A stretch of DNA of 64,000 bases from Eledone cirrhosa (lineage: Eukaryota). Below the pieces are notes generated by a model that had not been told where the DNA came from, did not search any database, and saw only the letters and a list, made by a program, of their open reading frames with translations. Shown one piece after another: positions 40,901-55,000 of the stretch. A program made the position numbers and the translations under genes. The stretch's first letter is position 1, and every line of letters begins with the position of its first letter. The stretch is from the NCBI GenBank assembly GCA_964016885.1, contig OZ024744.1, positions 19,592,001 to 19,656,000 on the forward strand, given 5' to 3'.

Positions 40901-43900
40901 GTCGAACCCACATCTTTGGTTATCCAGACCACTGTCCTACCATTAGACCAATACACATCCCATCTCCTTCCATTCGAATTAGAAGCTATGAACTTAGCAA
41001 GTGAATGATAAACAAGCAAATTATAAACGTAAACATGTAAGTATGTTTTTGAAACGGTGCGCGTGTTTGAAATTAGAAGTCAGAAATGATAAGCTTTCAA
41101 TGGATTTTAGACTAAAGAAATGTATAGCTTGATAGTGGGGTTTATAACCCTAGGAGAAATGGAAAAAGATGAGTGTTGCCATACCTGGGAGTCGAACCCA
41201 CATCTTTGGTTATCCAGACCACTGTGCTACCATTACACGAATACACATCCCATCTCCTTCCATTCGAATTAGAAGCTATGAACTTAGCAAGTGAATGATA
41301 AACAAGCAAATTATAAACGTAAACATGTAAGTATGTTTTTGAAACGGTGCGCGAGTTTGAAATTAGAAATTAGAAATTATAAGCTTTCACCGGATTTTAG
41401 ACTAAAGAAATGTATAGCTTGATAGTGGGGTTTAAAACCCCAGGAGAAATGGAAAAAGATGTGTGTTGCATACCTGGGAGTCGAACCCACATATTTTGTT
41501 ATCCAGACCACTGTGCTACAATTACACCAATACACATCCCATCTCCTTCCATTCGAATTAGAAGCTATGAACTTAGCAAGTGAATGATAAACGAGCAAAT
41601 TATAAACGTAAACATGTAAGTATGTTTTTGAAACGGTGCGCTCGTTTAAAATTAGAAATTAGAAATTATAAGATTTCACCGTATTTTAGACTAATGAAAT
41701 TTATAGCTTGATAGTGGGGATTATAATCCTCGGAGAAATGGAAAAAGATGAGTGTTGCCATACATGGGAGTCGAACCCACATCTTTGGTTATCCAGACCA
41801 CTGTCCTACCATTAGACCAACACACATCCCATCTCCTTCCATTCGAATTAGAAGCTATGAACTTAGCAAGTGAATGATTAACAAGCAAATTATAAACGTA
41901 AATATGTAAGTATGTTTTTGAAACGGTGCGCTCTTTTGAAACTATAAATTAGAAATTATAAGCTTTCGCCGTATTTTAGACTAAAGAAATTTATAGCTTG
42001 ATAGTGGGGATTATAACCCTCGGAGAAATGGAAAAAGATGAGTGTTGCCATGCATGGGAGTCGAACCCACATCTTTGGTTATCCAGACCACTGTCCTACC
42101 ATTAGACCTATACACATCCCATCTCCTTCCATTCGAATTAGAAGCTATGAACTTAGCAAGTGAATGATAAACAAGCAAATTATAAACGTAAACATGTAAG
42201 TATGTTTTTGAAACGGTGCGCGTGTTTGAAATTAGAAGTCAGAAATTATAAGCTTTCACCGTATTTTAGACTAAAGAAATGTATAGCTTGATAGTGGGGT
42301 TTATAACCCTAGGAGAAATGGAAAAAGATGAGTGTTGCCATACCTGGGAGTCGAACCCACATCTTTGGTTATCCAGACCAGTGTGCTACCATTACACGAA
42401 TACACATCCCATCTCCTTCCATTCGAATTAGAAGCTACGAAGTTAGCAAGTGAATGATAAACAAGCAAATTATAAACGTAAACATGTAAGTATGTTTTTG
42501 AAACGGTGCACGAGTTTGAAAGTAGAAATTAGAAATTATAAGCTCTCACCGGATTTTAGACTAAAGAAATGTATAGCTTAATAGTGGGGTTTATAACCCT
42601 CGGAGAAATGGAAAAAGATGAGTGTTGCATACCTCGGAGTCGAACCCACATCTTTGGTTATCCAGACCAGTGTGCTACCATTTCACGAATACATATCCCA
42701 TCTCCTTCCATTCGAATTAGAAGCTACGAAGTTAGCAAGTGAATGATAAACAAGCAAATTATATACGTACTCATGTAAGTATTTTTTTGAAACGGTGCGC
42801 GAGTTTGAAATAAGAAATTAGAAATTATAAGCTTTCACCGTATTTTAGAATAAAAAAATTTATAGCTTGATAGTGGAGTTTATAACCCTCGGAGAAATGG
42901 AAAAAGATGAGTGTTGCCACACATGGGAGTCGAACCCACATATTTTGTTATCCAGACCACTGTGCTACCATTACACCAATACACATCCCATCTCCTTCCA
43001 TTCGAATTAGAAGCTATGAACTTAGCAAGTGAATGATAAACAAGCAAATTATAAACGTAAACATGTAAATATGTTTTTGAAATGGAGCGCTCGTTTGAAA
43101 TTAGAAATTAGAAATTATAAGGTTTCACCGTATTTTAGACTAAATAAATTCATAGCTTGATAGTGGGGATTATAACCCTCGGAGAAATGGAAAAAGATGA
43201 GTGTTGCCATACATGGGAGTCGAACCCACATATTTGGTTATCCAGACCACTGTGCTACCATTACACCAATACACATGCAATCTCCTTCCATTCGAATTAG
43301 AAGCTATGAACTTAGCAAGTGAATGATAAACAAGCAAGTTATAAACGTAAACATGTAAGTATGTTTTTGAAACGGTGCGCGAGTTTGAAACTAGAAATTT
43401 GAAATTATAAGCTTTCACCGTATTTTAGAATAAAGAAATTTATAGCTTGATAGTGGGGTTTATAACCATCGGAGAAATGGAAAAAGATGAGTGTTGCCAT
43501 ACATGGGAGTCGAACCCACATCTTTGGTTATCCAGACCACTGTCCTACCATTAGACCAATACACATCCCATCTCCTTCCATTCGAATTAGAAGCTATGAA
43601 CTTAGCAAGTGAATGATAAACAAGCAAATTATAAACGTAAACATGTAAGTATGTTTTTGAAACGGTGCGCGAGTTTGAAATTAGAAATTAGAAATTATAA
43701 GCTTTCACCGGATTTTAGACTAAAGAAATTTATAACTTGATAGTGGGGATTATAATCCTCGGAGAAATGGAAAAAGATGAGTGTTGCCATACCTGGGAGT
43801 CGAACACACATCTTTGGTTATCCAGACCACTGTGCTACCATTACATCAATACACATCCCATTCCCTTCCATTCGAAATAGAAGCTACGAACTTAGCAAGT

Positions 43901-46900
43901 GAATGATAAACAAGCAAATTATAAACGTAAACATGTAAGTAGGTTTTTGAAACGGTGCGCGAGTTTGAAATTAGAAATTAGAAATTATAAGGTTTCACCG
44001 TATTTTAGAATAAAGAAATTTATAGCTTGATAGTGGGGTTTATAACCCTCGTAGAAATGGAAAAAGATGAGTGTTGCCATACATGGGAGTCGAACCCACA
44101 TGTTTGGTTATCGAGACCACTGTGCTACCATTACACCAATACACATCCCATCTCCTTCCATTCGAATTAGAAGCTATGAACTTAGCAAGTGAATGATAAA
44201 CAAGCAAATTATAAACGTAAACATGTAAGTATGTTTTCGAAACGGTGCGATCTTTTGAAACTAGAAATTAGAAATTATAAGCTTTCACCGGATTTTAGAC
44301 TAAAGAAATTTATAGCTTGATAGTGGGGATTATAACCCTCGGAGAAATGGAAAAAGATGAGTGTTGCCATGCATAGGAGTCGAACCCACATCTTTGGTTA
44401 TCCAGACCACTGTCCTACCATTAGACCAATACACATCCCATCTCCTTACATTCGAATTAGAAGCTATGAACTTAGCAAGTGAATGATAAACAAGCAAATT
44501 ATAAACGTAAACATGTAAGTATGTTTTGAAACGGTGCGCGTGTTTGAAATTAGAAGTTAGAAATTATAAGCTTTCACTGGATTTTAGACTACAGAAATGT
44601 ATAGCTTGATAGTGGGGTTTATAACCCTAGGAGAAATGGAAAAATATGAGTGTTGCCATACATGGGTGTCGAACCCACATATTTGGTTATCCAGACCACT
44701 GTGCTACCATTACACCAATACACATCCCATCTCCTTCCATTCGAATTAGAAGCTATGAACTTAGCAAGTGAATGATAAACAAGCAAATTATAAACGTAAA
44801 CATGTAAGTATGTTTTCGAAACGGTGCGCTCTTTTGAAACTAGAAATTAGAAATGAGAAGCTTTCACCGTATTTTAGACTAAAGAAATTTATAGCTTGAT
44901 AGTGGGGATTATAACCCTCGGAGAAATGGAAAAAGATGAGTGTTGCCATGCATGGGAGTCGAACCCACATCTTTGGTTATCCAGACCACTGTCCTACCAT
45001 TAGACCAATACACATCCCATCTCCTTCCATTCGAATTAGAAGCTATGAACTTAGCAAGTGAATGATAAACAAGCAAATTATAAACGTAAACATGTAAGTA
45101 TGTTTTTGAAACGGTGCGCGTGTTTGAAATTAGAAGTCAGAAATTATAAGCTTTCACCGTATTTTAGACTAAAGAAATGTATAGCTTGATAGTGGGGTTT
45201 ATAATCCTCGGAGAAATGGAAAAAGATGAGTGTTGCCATACATGGGAGTCGAACCCACATCTTTGGTTATCCAGACCACTGTCCTACCATTAGACCAACA
45301 CACATCCCATCTCCTTCCATTCGAATTAGAAGCTATGAACTTAGCAAGTGAATTATAAACAAGCAAATTATAAACGTAAACATGTAAGTATGTTTTTGAA
45401 ACGGTGCGCGTGTTTGAAATTAGAAGTCAGAAATTATAAGCTTTCACCGGATTTTAGACTAAAGAAATGTATAGCTTGATAGTGGGGTTTATAACCCTCG
45501 GAGAAATGGAAAAAGATGAGTGTTGCCATACATGGGAGTCGAACCCACATCTTTGGTTATCCAGACCACTGTCCTACCATTAGACCAATACACATCCCAT
45601 CTCCTTCCATTCGAATTAGAAGCTATGAACTTAGCAAGTGAATGATAAACAAGCAAATTATAAACGTAAACATGTAAGTATGTTTTTGAAACGGTGCGCG
45701 TGTTTGAAATTAGAAGTCAGAAATGATAAGCTTTCAATGGATTTTAGACTAAAGAAATGTATAGCTTGATAGTGGGGTTTATAACCCTAGGAGAAATGGA
45801 AAAAGATGAGTATTGCCATACCTGGGAGTCGAACCCACATCTTTGGTTATCCAGACCACTGTGCTACCATTACACGAATACACATCCCATCTCCTTCCAT
45901 TCGAATTAGAAGCTATGAACTTAGCAAGTGAATGATAAACAAGCAAATTATAAACGTAAACATGTATGTATGTTTTTGAAACGGTGCGCGAGTTTGAAAT
46001 TAGAAATTAGAAATTATAAGCTTTCACCGGATTTTAGACTAAAGAAATGTATAGCTTGATAGTGGGGTTTAAAACCCCAGGAGAAATGGAAAAAGATGAG
46101 TGTTGCATACCTGGGAGTCGAACCCACATATTTTGTTATCCAGACCACTGTGCTACAATTACACCAATACACATCCCATCTCCTTCCATTCGAATTAGAA
46201 GCTATGAACTTAGCAAGTGAATGATAAACGAGCAAATTATAAACGTAAACATGTAAGTATGTTTTTGAAACGGTGCGCTCGTTTAAAATTAGAAATTAGA
46301 AATTATAAGATTTCACCGTATTTTAGACTAATGAAATTTATAGCTTGATAGTGGGGATTATAATCCTCGGAGAAATGGAAAAAGATGAGTGTTGCCATAC
46401 ATGGGAGTCGAACCCACATCTTTGGTTATCCAGACCACTGTCCTACCATTAGACCAACACACATCCCATCTCCTTCCATTCGAATTAGAAGCTATGAACT
46501 TAGCAAGTGAATGATAAACAAGCAAATTATAAACGTAAACATGTAAGTATGTTTTTGAAACGGTGCGCGTGTTTGAAATTAGAAGTCAGAAATTATAAGC
46601 TTTCACCGGATTTTAGACTAAAGAAATGTATAGCTTGATAGTGGGGTTTATAACCCTCGGAGAAATGGAAAAAGATGAGTGTTGCCATACATGGGAGTCG
46701 AACCCACATCTTTGGTTATCCAGACCACTGTCCTACCATTAGACCAATACACATCCCATCTCCTTCCATTCGAATTAGAAGCTATGAACTTAGCAAGTGA
46801 ATGATAAACAAGCAAATTATAAACGTAAACATGTAAGTATGTTTTTGAAACGGTGCGCGTGTTTGAAATTAGAAGTCAGAAATGATAAGCTTTCAATGGA

Positions 46901-49020
46901 TTTTAGACTAAAGAAATGTATAGCTTGATAGTGGGGTTTATAACCCTAGGAGAAATGGAAAAAGATGAGTGTTGCCATACCTGTGAGTCGAACCCACATC
47001 TTTGGTTATCCAGACCACTGTGCTACCATTACACGAATACACATCCCATCTCCTTCCATTCGAATTAGAAGCTATGAACTTAGCAAGTGAATGATAAACG
47101 AGCAAATTATAAACGTAAACATGTAAGTATGTTTTTGAAACGGTGCGCGAGTTTGAAATTAGAAATTAGAAATTATAAGCTTTCACCGGATTTTAGACTA
47201 AAGAAATGTATAGCTTGATAGTGGGGTTTAAAACCCCAGGAGAAATGGAAAAAGATGAGTGTTGCATACCTGGGAGTCGAACCCACATATTTTGTTATCC
47301 AGACCACTGTGCTACAATTACACCAATACACATCCCATCTCCTTCCATTCGAATTAGAAGCTATGAACTTAGCAAGTGAATGATAAACGAGCAAATTATA
47401 AACGTAAACATGTAAGTATGTTTTTGAAACGGTGCGCTCGTTTAAAATTAGAAATTAGAAATTATAAGATTTCACCGTATTTTAGACTAATGAAATTTAT
47501 AGCTTGATAGTGGGGATTATAATCCTCGGAGAAATGGAAAAAGATGAGTGTTGCCATACATGGGAGTCGAACCCACATCTTTGGTTATCCAGACCACTGT
47601 CCTACCATTAGACCAACACACATCCCATCTCCTTCCATTCGAATTAGAAGCTATGAACTTAGCAAGTGAATGATTAACAAGCAAATTATAAACGTAAATA
47701 TGTAAGTATGTTTTTGAAACGGTGCGCTCTTTTGAAACTATAAATTAGAAATTATAAGCTTTCGCCGTATTTTAGACTAAAGAAATTTATAGCTTGATAG
47801 TGGGGATTATAACCCTCGGAGAAATGGAAAAAGATGAGTGTTGCCATGCATGGGAGTCGAACCCACATCTTTGGTTATCCAGACCACTGTCCTACCATTA
47901 GACCTATACACATCCCATCTCCTTCCATTCGAATTAGAAGCTATGAACTTAGCAAGTGAATGATAAACAAGCAAATTATAAACGTAAACATGTAAGTATG
48001 TTTTTGAAACGGTGCGCGTGTTTGAAATTAGAAGTCAGAAATTATAAGCTTTCACCGTATTTTAGACTAAAGAAATGTATAGCTTGATAGTGGGGTTTAT
48101 AACCCTAGGAGAAATGGAAAAAGATGAGTGTTGCCATACCTGGGAGTCGAACCCACATCTTTGGTTATCCAGACCAGTGTGCTACCATTACACGAATACA
48201 CATCCCATCTCCTTCCATTCGAATTAGAAGCTACGAAGTTAGCAAGTGAATGATAAACAAGCAAATTATAAACGTAAACATGTAAGTATGTTTTTGAAAC
48301 GGTGCACGAGTTTGAAAGTAGAAATTAGAAATTATAAGCTCTCACCGGATTTTAGACTAAAGAAATGTATAGCTTAATAGTGGGGTTTATAACCCTAGGA
48401 GAAATGGAAAAAGATGAGTGTTGCATACCTCGGAGTCGAACCCACATCTTTGGTTATCCAGACCAGTGTGCTACCATTTCACGAATACATATCCCATCTC
48501 CTTCCATTCGAATTAGAAGCTACGAAGTTAGCAAGTGAATGATAAACAAGCAAATTATATACGTACTCATGTAAGTATTTTTTTGAAACGGTGCGCGAGT
48601 TTGAAATAAGAAATTAGAAATTATAAGCTTTCACCGTATTTTAGAATAAAACAATTTATAGCTTGATAGTGGAGTTTATAACCCTCGGAGAAATGGAAAA
48701 AGATGAGTGTTGCCACACATGGGAGTCGAACCCACATATTTTGTTATCCAGACCACTGTGCTACCATTACACCAATACACATCCCATCTCCTTCCATTCG
48801 AATTAGAAGCTATGAACTTAGCAAGTGAATGATAAACAAGCAAATTATAAACGTAAACATGTAAATATGTTTTTGAAATGGAGCGCTCGTTTGAAATTAG
48901 AAATTAGAAATTATAAGGTTTCACCGTATTTTAGACTAAATAAATTCATAGCTTGATAGTGGGGATTATAACCCTCGGAGAAATGGAAAAAGATGAGTGT
49001 TGCCATACATGGGAGTCGAA
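37400..49020. repeat. Higher-order repeat: 20-monomer unit (5796 bp), two tandem copies, each with a nested 4-monomer (1159 bp) duplication
   Basis: ORF pairs 38992/44788, 40218/46014 and 41377/47173 are offset by 5796; 40218/41377 and 46014/47173 by 1159. Shared private markers include gttatcgaga, gaaatgagaag, ctttcaatgg and gtttaaaacccc. Confidence 0.95.
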
Positions 49021-52000
49021 CCCACATCTTTGGTTATCCAGACCACTGTCCTACCATTAGACCAATACACATCCCATCTCCTTCCATTCGAATTAGAAGC
49101 TATGAACTTAGCAAGTGAATGATAAACAAGCAAATTATAAACGTAAACATGTAAGTATATTTTTGAAACGGTGCGTGTGTTTGAAATTAGAAGTCAGAAA
49201 TTATGAGCTTTCACCGGATTTTAGACTAAAGAAATGTATAGCTTGATAGTGGGGTTTATAACCCTAGGAGAAATGGAAAAAGATGAGTGTTGCCATACCA
49301 GGGAGTCGAACCCACATCTTTGGTTATCCAGACCAGTGTGCTACCATTTCACGAATACATATCCCATCTCCTTCCATTCGAATTAGAAGCTACGAAGTTA
49401 GCAAGTGAATGATAAACAAGCAAATTATATACGTACTCATGTAAGTATGTTTTTGAAACGGTGCGCTCGTTTGAAATAAGAAATTAGAAATTATAAGCTT
49501 TCACCGTATTTTAGAATAAAAAAATTTATAGCTTGATAGTGGAGTTTATAACCCTCGGAGAAATGGAAAAAGATGAGTGTTGCCACACATGGGAGTCGAA
49601 CCCACATATTTTGTTATTCAGACCACTGTGCTACCATTACACCAATACACATCCCATCTCCTTCCATTCGAATTAGAAGCTATGAACTTAGCAAGTGAAT
49701 GATAAACAAGCAAATTATAAACGTAAACATGTAAGTATTCTTTTGAAACGATGCGCGAGTTTGAAATTAGAAATTAAAAATTATAAGCTTTCACCGTATT
49801 TTAGACTAAAGAAATTTATAGCTTGATAGTGGGGTTTATAACCCTCGGAGAAATGGCAAAAAATGAGTGTTGCCATACATGGGAGTCGAAGCCACATATT
49901 TGGTTATCCAGACCACTGTGCTACAATTACACCAATACACATCCCTTCTCCTTCCATTCGAATTAGAAGCTATGAACTTAGCAAGTGAATGATAAACAAG
50001 CAAATTATAAACGTAAACATGTAAGCATGTTTTTGAAACGGTGCACGAGTTTGAAATTAGAAATTAGAAATTATAAGCTCTCACCGGATTTTAGACTAAA
50101 GAAATGTATAGATTGATAGTGGGGTTTATAACACTAGGAGAAATGGAAAAAGATGCGTGTTGCCATACCTGGGAGTCGAACCCACATCTTTGGTTATCCA
50201 GACCACTGTGCTACCATTACAGGAATACACATCCCATCTCCTTCCATTCGAATTAGAAGCTATGAACTTAGCAAGTGAATGATAAACAAGCAAATTATAA
50301 ACATAAACATGTAAGTATGTTTTCGAAACGGTGCGCTCTTTTGAAACTAGAAATTAGAAATTATAAGCTTTCACCGTATTTTAGACTAAAGAAATTTATA
50401 GCTTGATAGTGGGGATTATAACCCTCGGAGAAATGTAAAAAATGAGTGTTGCCATGCATGGGAGTCGAACCCACATCTTTGGTTATCCAGGCCACTGTCC
50501 TACCATTAGACCAATACACATCCCATCTCCTTCCAATCGAATTAGAAGCTATGAACTTAGCAAGTGAATGATAAACAAGCAAATTATAAACGTAAACATG
50601 TAAGTATGTTTTTGAAACGGTGCGCGTGTTTGAAATTAGAAGTCAGAAATTATAAGCTTTCACCGGATTTTAGACTAAAGAAATGTATAGCTTGATAGTG
50701 CGGTTTATAACCCTAGGAGAAATGGAAAAAGATGAGTGTTGCCATACCTGGGAGTCGAACCCACATCTTTGGTTATCCAGACCAGTGTGCTACCATTATA
50801 CGAATACATATCCCATCTCCTTCCATTCGAATTAGAAGCTATGAACTTAGCAAGTGAATGATAAACGAGCAAATTATAAACGTAAACATGTAAGTATGTT
50901 TTTGAAACGGTGTGCTCGTTTGAAACTAGAAATTAGAAATTATAAGGTTTCACCGTATTTTAGACTAAATAAATTCATAGCTTGATAGTGGGGATTATAA
51001 CCCTCGGAGAAATGGAAAAAGATGAGTGTTGCCATACCTGGGAGTCGAACCCACATCTTTGGTTATCCAGACCAGTGTGCTACCATTTCACGAATACACA
51101 TCCCATCTCCTTCCATTCGAATTAGAAGCTATGAACTTAGCAAGTGAATGATAAACAAGCAAATTATAAACGTAAACATGTAAATATGTTTTTGAAATGG
51201 AGCGCTCGTTTGAAATTAGAAATTAGAAATTATAAGGTTTCACCGTATTTTAGACTAAATAAATTCATAGCTTGATAGTGGGGATTATAACCCTCGGAGA
51301 AATGGAAAAAGATGAGTGTTGCCATACATGGGAGTCGAACCCACATCTTTGGTTATCCAGACCACAGTCCTACCATTAGACCAATACACATCCCATCTCC
51401 TTCCATTCGAATTAGAAGCTATGAACTTAGCAAGTGAATGATAAACAAGCAAATTATAAACGTAAACATGTAAGTATATTTTTGAAACGGTGCGTGTGTT
51501 TGAAATTAGAAGTCAGAAATTATGAGCTTTCACCGGATTTTAGACTAAAGAAATGTATAGCTTGATAGTGGGGTTTATAACCCTAGGAGAAATGGAAAAA
51601 GATGAGTGTTGCCATACCAGGGAGTCGAACCCACATCTTTGGTTATCCAGACCAGTGTGCTACCATTTCACGAATACATATCCCATCTCCTTCCATTCGA
51701 ATTAGAAGCTACGAAGTTAGCAAGTGAATGATAAACAAGCAAATTATAAACGTAAACATGTAAGTATTCTTTTGAAACGATGCGCGAGTTTGAAATTAGA
51801 AATTAAAAATTATAAGCTTTCACCGTATTTTAGACTAAAGAAATTTATAGCTTGATAGTGGGGTTTATAACCCTCGGAGAAATGGCAAAAAATGAGTGTT
51901 GCCATACATGGGAGTCGAAGCCACATATTTGGTTATCCAGACCACTGTGCTACAATTACACCAATACACATCCCTTCTCCTTCCATTCGAATTAGAAGCT

Positions 52001-55000
52001 ATGAACTTAGCAAGTGAATGATAAACAAGCAAATTATAAACGTAAACATGTAAGCATGTTTTTGAAACGGTGCACGAGTTTGAAATTAGAAATTAGAAAT
52101 TATAAGCTCTCACCGGATTTTAGACTAAAGAAATGTATAGATTGATAGTGGGGTTTATAACACTAGGAGAAATGGAAAAAGATGCGTGTTGCCATACCTG
52201 GGAGTCGAACCCACATCTTTGGTTATCCAGACCACTGTGCTACCATTACAGGAATACACATCCCATCTCCTTCCATTCGAATTAGAAGCTATGAACTTAG
52301 CAAGTGAATGATAAACAAGCAAATTATAAACGTAAACATGTAAGTATGTTTTCGAAACGGTGCGCTCTTTTGAAACTAGAAATTAGAAATTATAAGCTTT
52401 CACCGTATTTTAGACTAAAGAAATTTATAGCTTGATAGTGGGGATTATAACCCTCGGAGAAATGTAAAAAATGAGTGTTGCCATGCATGGGAGTCGAACC
52501 CACATCTTTGGTTATCCAGACCACTGTCCTACCATTAGACCAATACACATCCCATCTCCTTCCAATCGAATTAGAAGCTATGAACTTAGCAAGTGAATGA
52601 TAAACAAGCAAATTATAAACGTAAACATGTAAGTATGTTTTTGAAACGGTGCGCGTGTTTGAAATTAGAAGTCAGAAATTATAAGCTTTCACCGGATTTT
52701 AGACTAAAGAAATGTATAGCTTGATAGTGCGGTTTATAACCCTAGGAGAAATGGAAAAAGATGAGTGTTGCCATACCTGGGAGTCGAACCCACATCTTTG
52801 GTTATCCAGACCAGTGTGCTACCATTTCACGAATACATATCCCATCTCCTTCCATTCGAATTAGAAGCTACGAAGTTAGCAAGTGAATGATAAACAAGCA
52901 AATTATATACGTACTCATGTAAGTATGTTTTTGAAACGGTGCGCGAGTTTGAAATAAGAAATTAGAAATTATAAGCTTTCACCGTATTTTAGAATAAAAA
53001 AATTTATAGCTTGATAGTGGAGTTTATAACCCTCGGAGAAATGGAAAAAGATGAGTGTTGCCACACATGTGAGTCGAACCCACATATTTTGTTATCCAGA
53101 CCACTGTGCTACCATTACACCAATACACATCCCATCTCCTTCCATTCGAATTAGAAGCTATGAACTTAGCAAGTGAATGATAAACAAGCAAATTATAAAC
53201 GTAAACATGTAAATATTCTTTTGAAACGATGCGCGAGTTTGAAATTAGAAATTAAAAATTATAAGCTTTCACCGTATTTTAGACTAAAGAAATTTATAGC
53301 TTGATAGTGGGGTTTATAACCCTCGGAGAAATGGCAAAAAATGAGTGTTGCCATACATGGGAGTCGAAGCCACATATTTGGTTATCCAGACCACTGTCCT
53401 ACCATTAGACCAATACACATCCCATCTCCTTCCATTCGAATTAGAAGCTATGAACTTAGCAAGTGAATGATAAACAAGCAAATTATAAACGTAAACATTT
53501 AAGTATTTTTTTGAAACGGTGCGCGAGTTTGAAATTAGAAATTAAAAATTATAAGCTTTCACCGTATTTTAGACTAAAGAAATTTATAGCTTGATAGTGG
53601 GGTTTATAACCCTCGGAGAAATGGCAAAAAATGAGTGTTGCCATACATGGGAGTCGAAGCCACATATTTGGTTATCCAGACCACTGTGCTACAATTACAC
53701 CAATACACATCCCTTCTCCTTCCATTCGAATTAGAAGCTATGAACTTAGCAAGTGAATGATAAACAAGCAAATTATAAACGTAAACATGTAAGCATGTTT
53801 TTGAAACGGTGCACGAGTTTGAAATTAGAAATTAGAAATTATAAGCTCTCACCGGATTTTAGACTAAAGAAATGTATAGCTTGATAGTGGGGTTTATAAC
53901 CCTAGGAGAAATGGAAAAAGATGCGTGTTGCCATACCTGGGAGTCGAACCCACATCTTTGGTTATCCAGACCACTGTGCTACCATTACTACGAATACACA
54001 TCCCATCTCCTTCCATTCGAATTAGAAGCTACGAAGTTAGCAAGTGAATGATAAACAAGCAAATTATAAACGTAAACATGTAAGTATGTTTTTGAAACGG
54101 TGCACGAGTTTGAAAGTAGAAATTAGAAATTATAAGCTCTCACCGGATTTTAGACTAAAGAAATGTATAGCTTAATAGTGGGGTTTATAACCCTCGGAGA
54201 AATGGAAAAAGAAGAGTGTTGCCATACATGGGAGTCGAACCGACATATTTGGTTATCCAAACCACTGTGCTTCCATTACACCAATGCATATCCCATCTCC
54301 TTCCATTCGAATTAGAAGCTATGAACTTAGCAAGTGAATGATAAACGGGCAAATTATAAACGTAAACATGTAAGTATGTTTTTGAAACGGTGTGCTCGTT
54401 TGAAACTAGAAATTAGAAATTATAAGGTTTCACCGTATTTTAGACTAAATAAATTTATAGCTTGATAGTGGGGATTATAACCCTCGGAGAAATGGAAAAA
54501 GATGAGTGTTACCATACATGGGAGTCGAACCCACATCTTTGGTTATCCAGACCACTGTCCTACCATTAGACCAATACACATCCCATCTCCTTCCATTCGA
54601 ATTAGAAGCTATGAACTTAGCAAGTGAATGATAAAGAAGCAAATTATAAACGTAAACATGTAAGTATGTTTTTGAAACGGTGCGCTCGTTTAAAATTAGA
54701 AATTACAAATTATAAGCTTTCACCGTATTTTAGAATAAAGAAATTTATAGCTTGATAGTGGGGTTTATAACCCTCGGAGAAATGGAAAAAGATGAGTGTT
54801 GCCACACATGGGAGTCGAACCCACATATTTTGTTATCCAGACCACTGTGCTACCATTACACCAATACACATCCCATCTCCTTCCATTCGAATTAGAAGCT
54901 ATGAACTTAGCAAGTGAATGATAAACAAGCAAATTATAAACGTAAACATGGAAGTATGTTTTTGAAACGGTGCGCGATTTTGAAATTAGAAATTAGAAAT

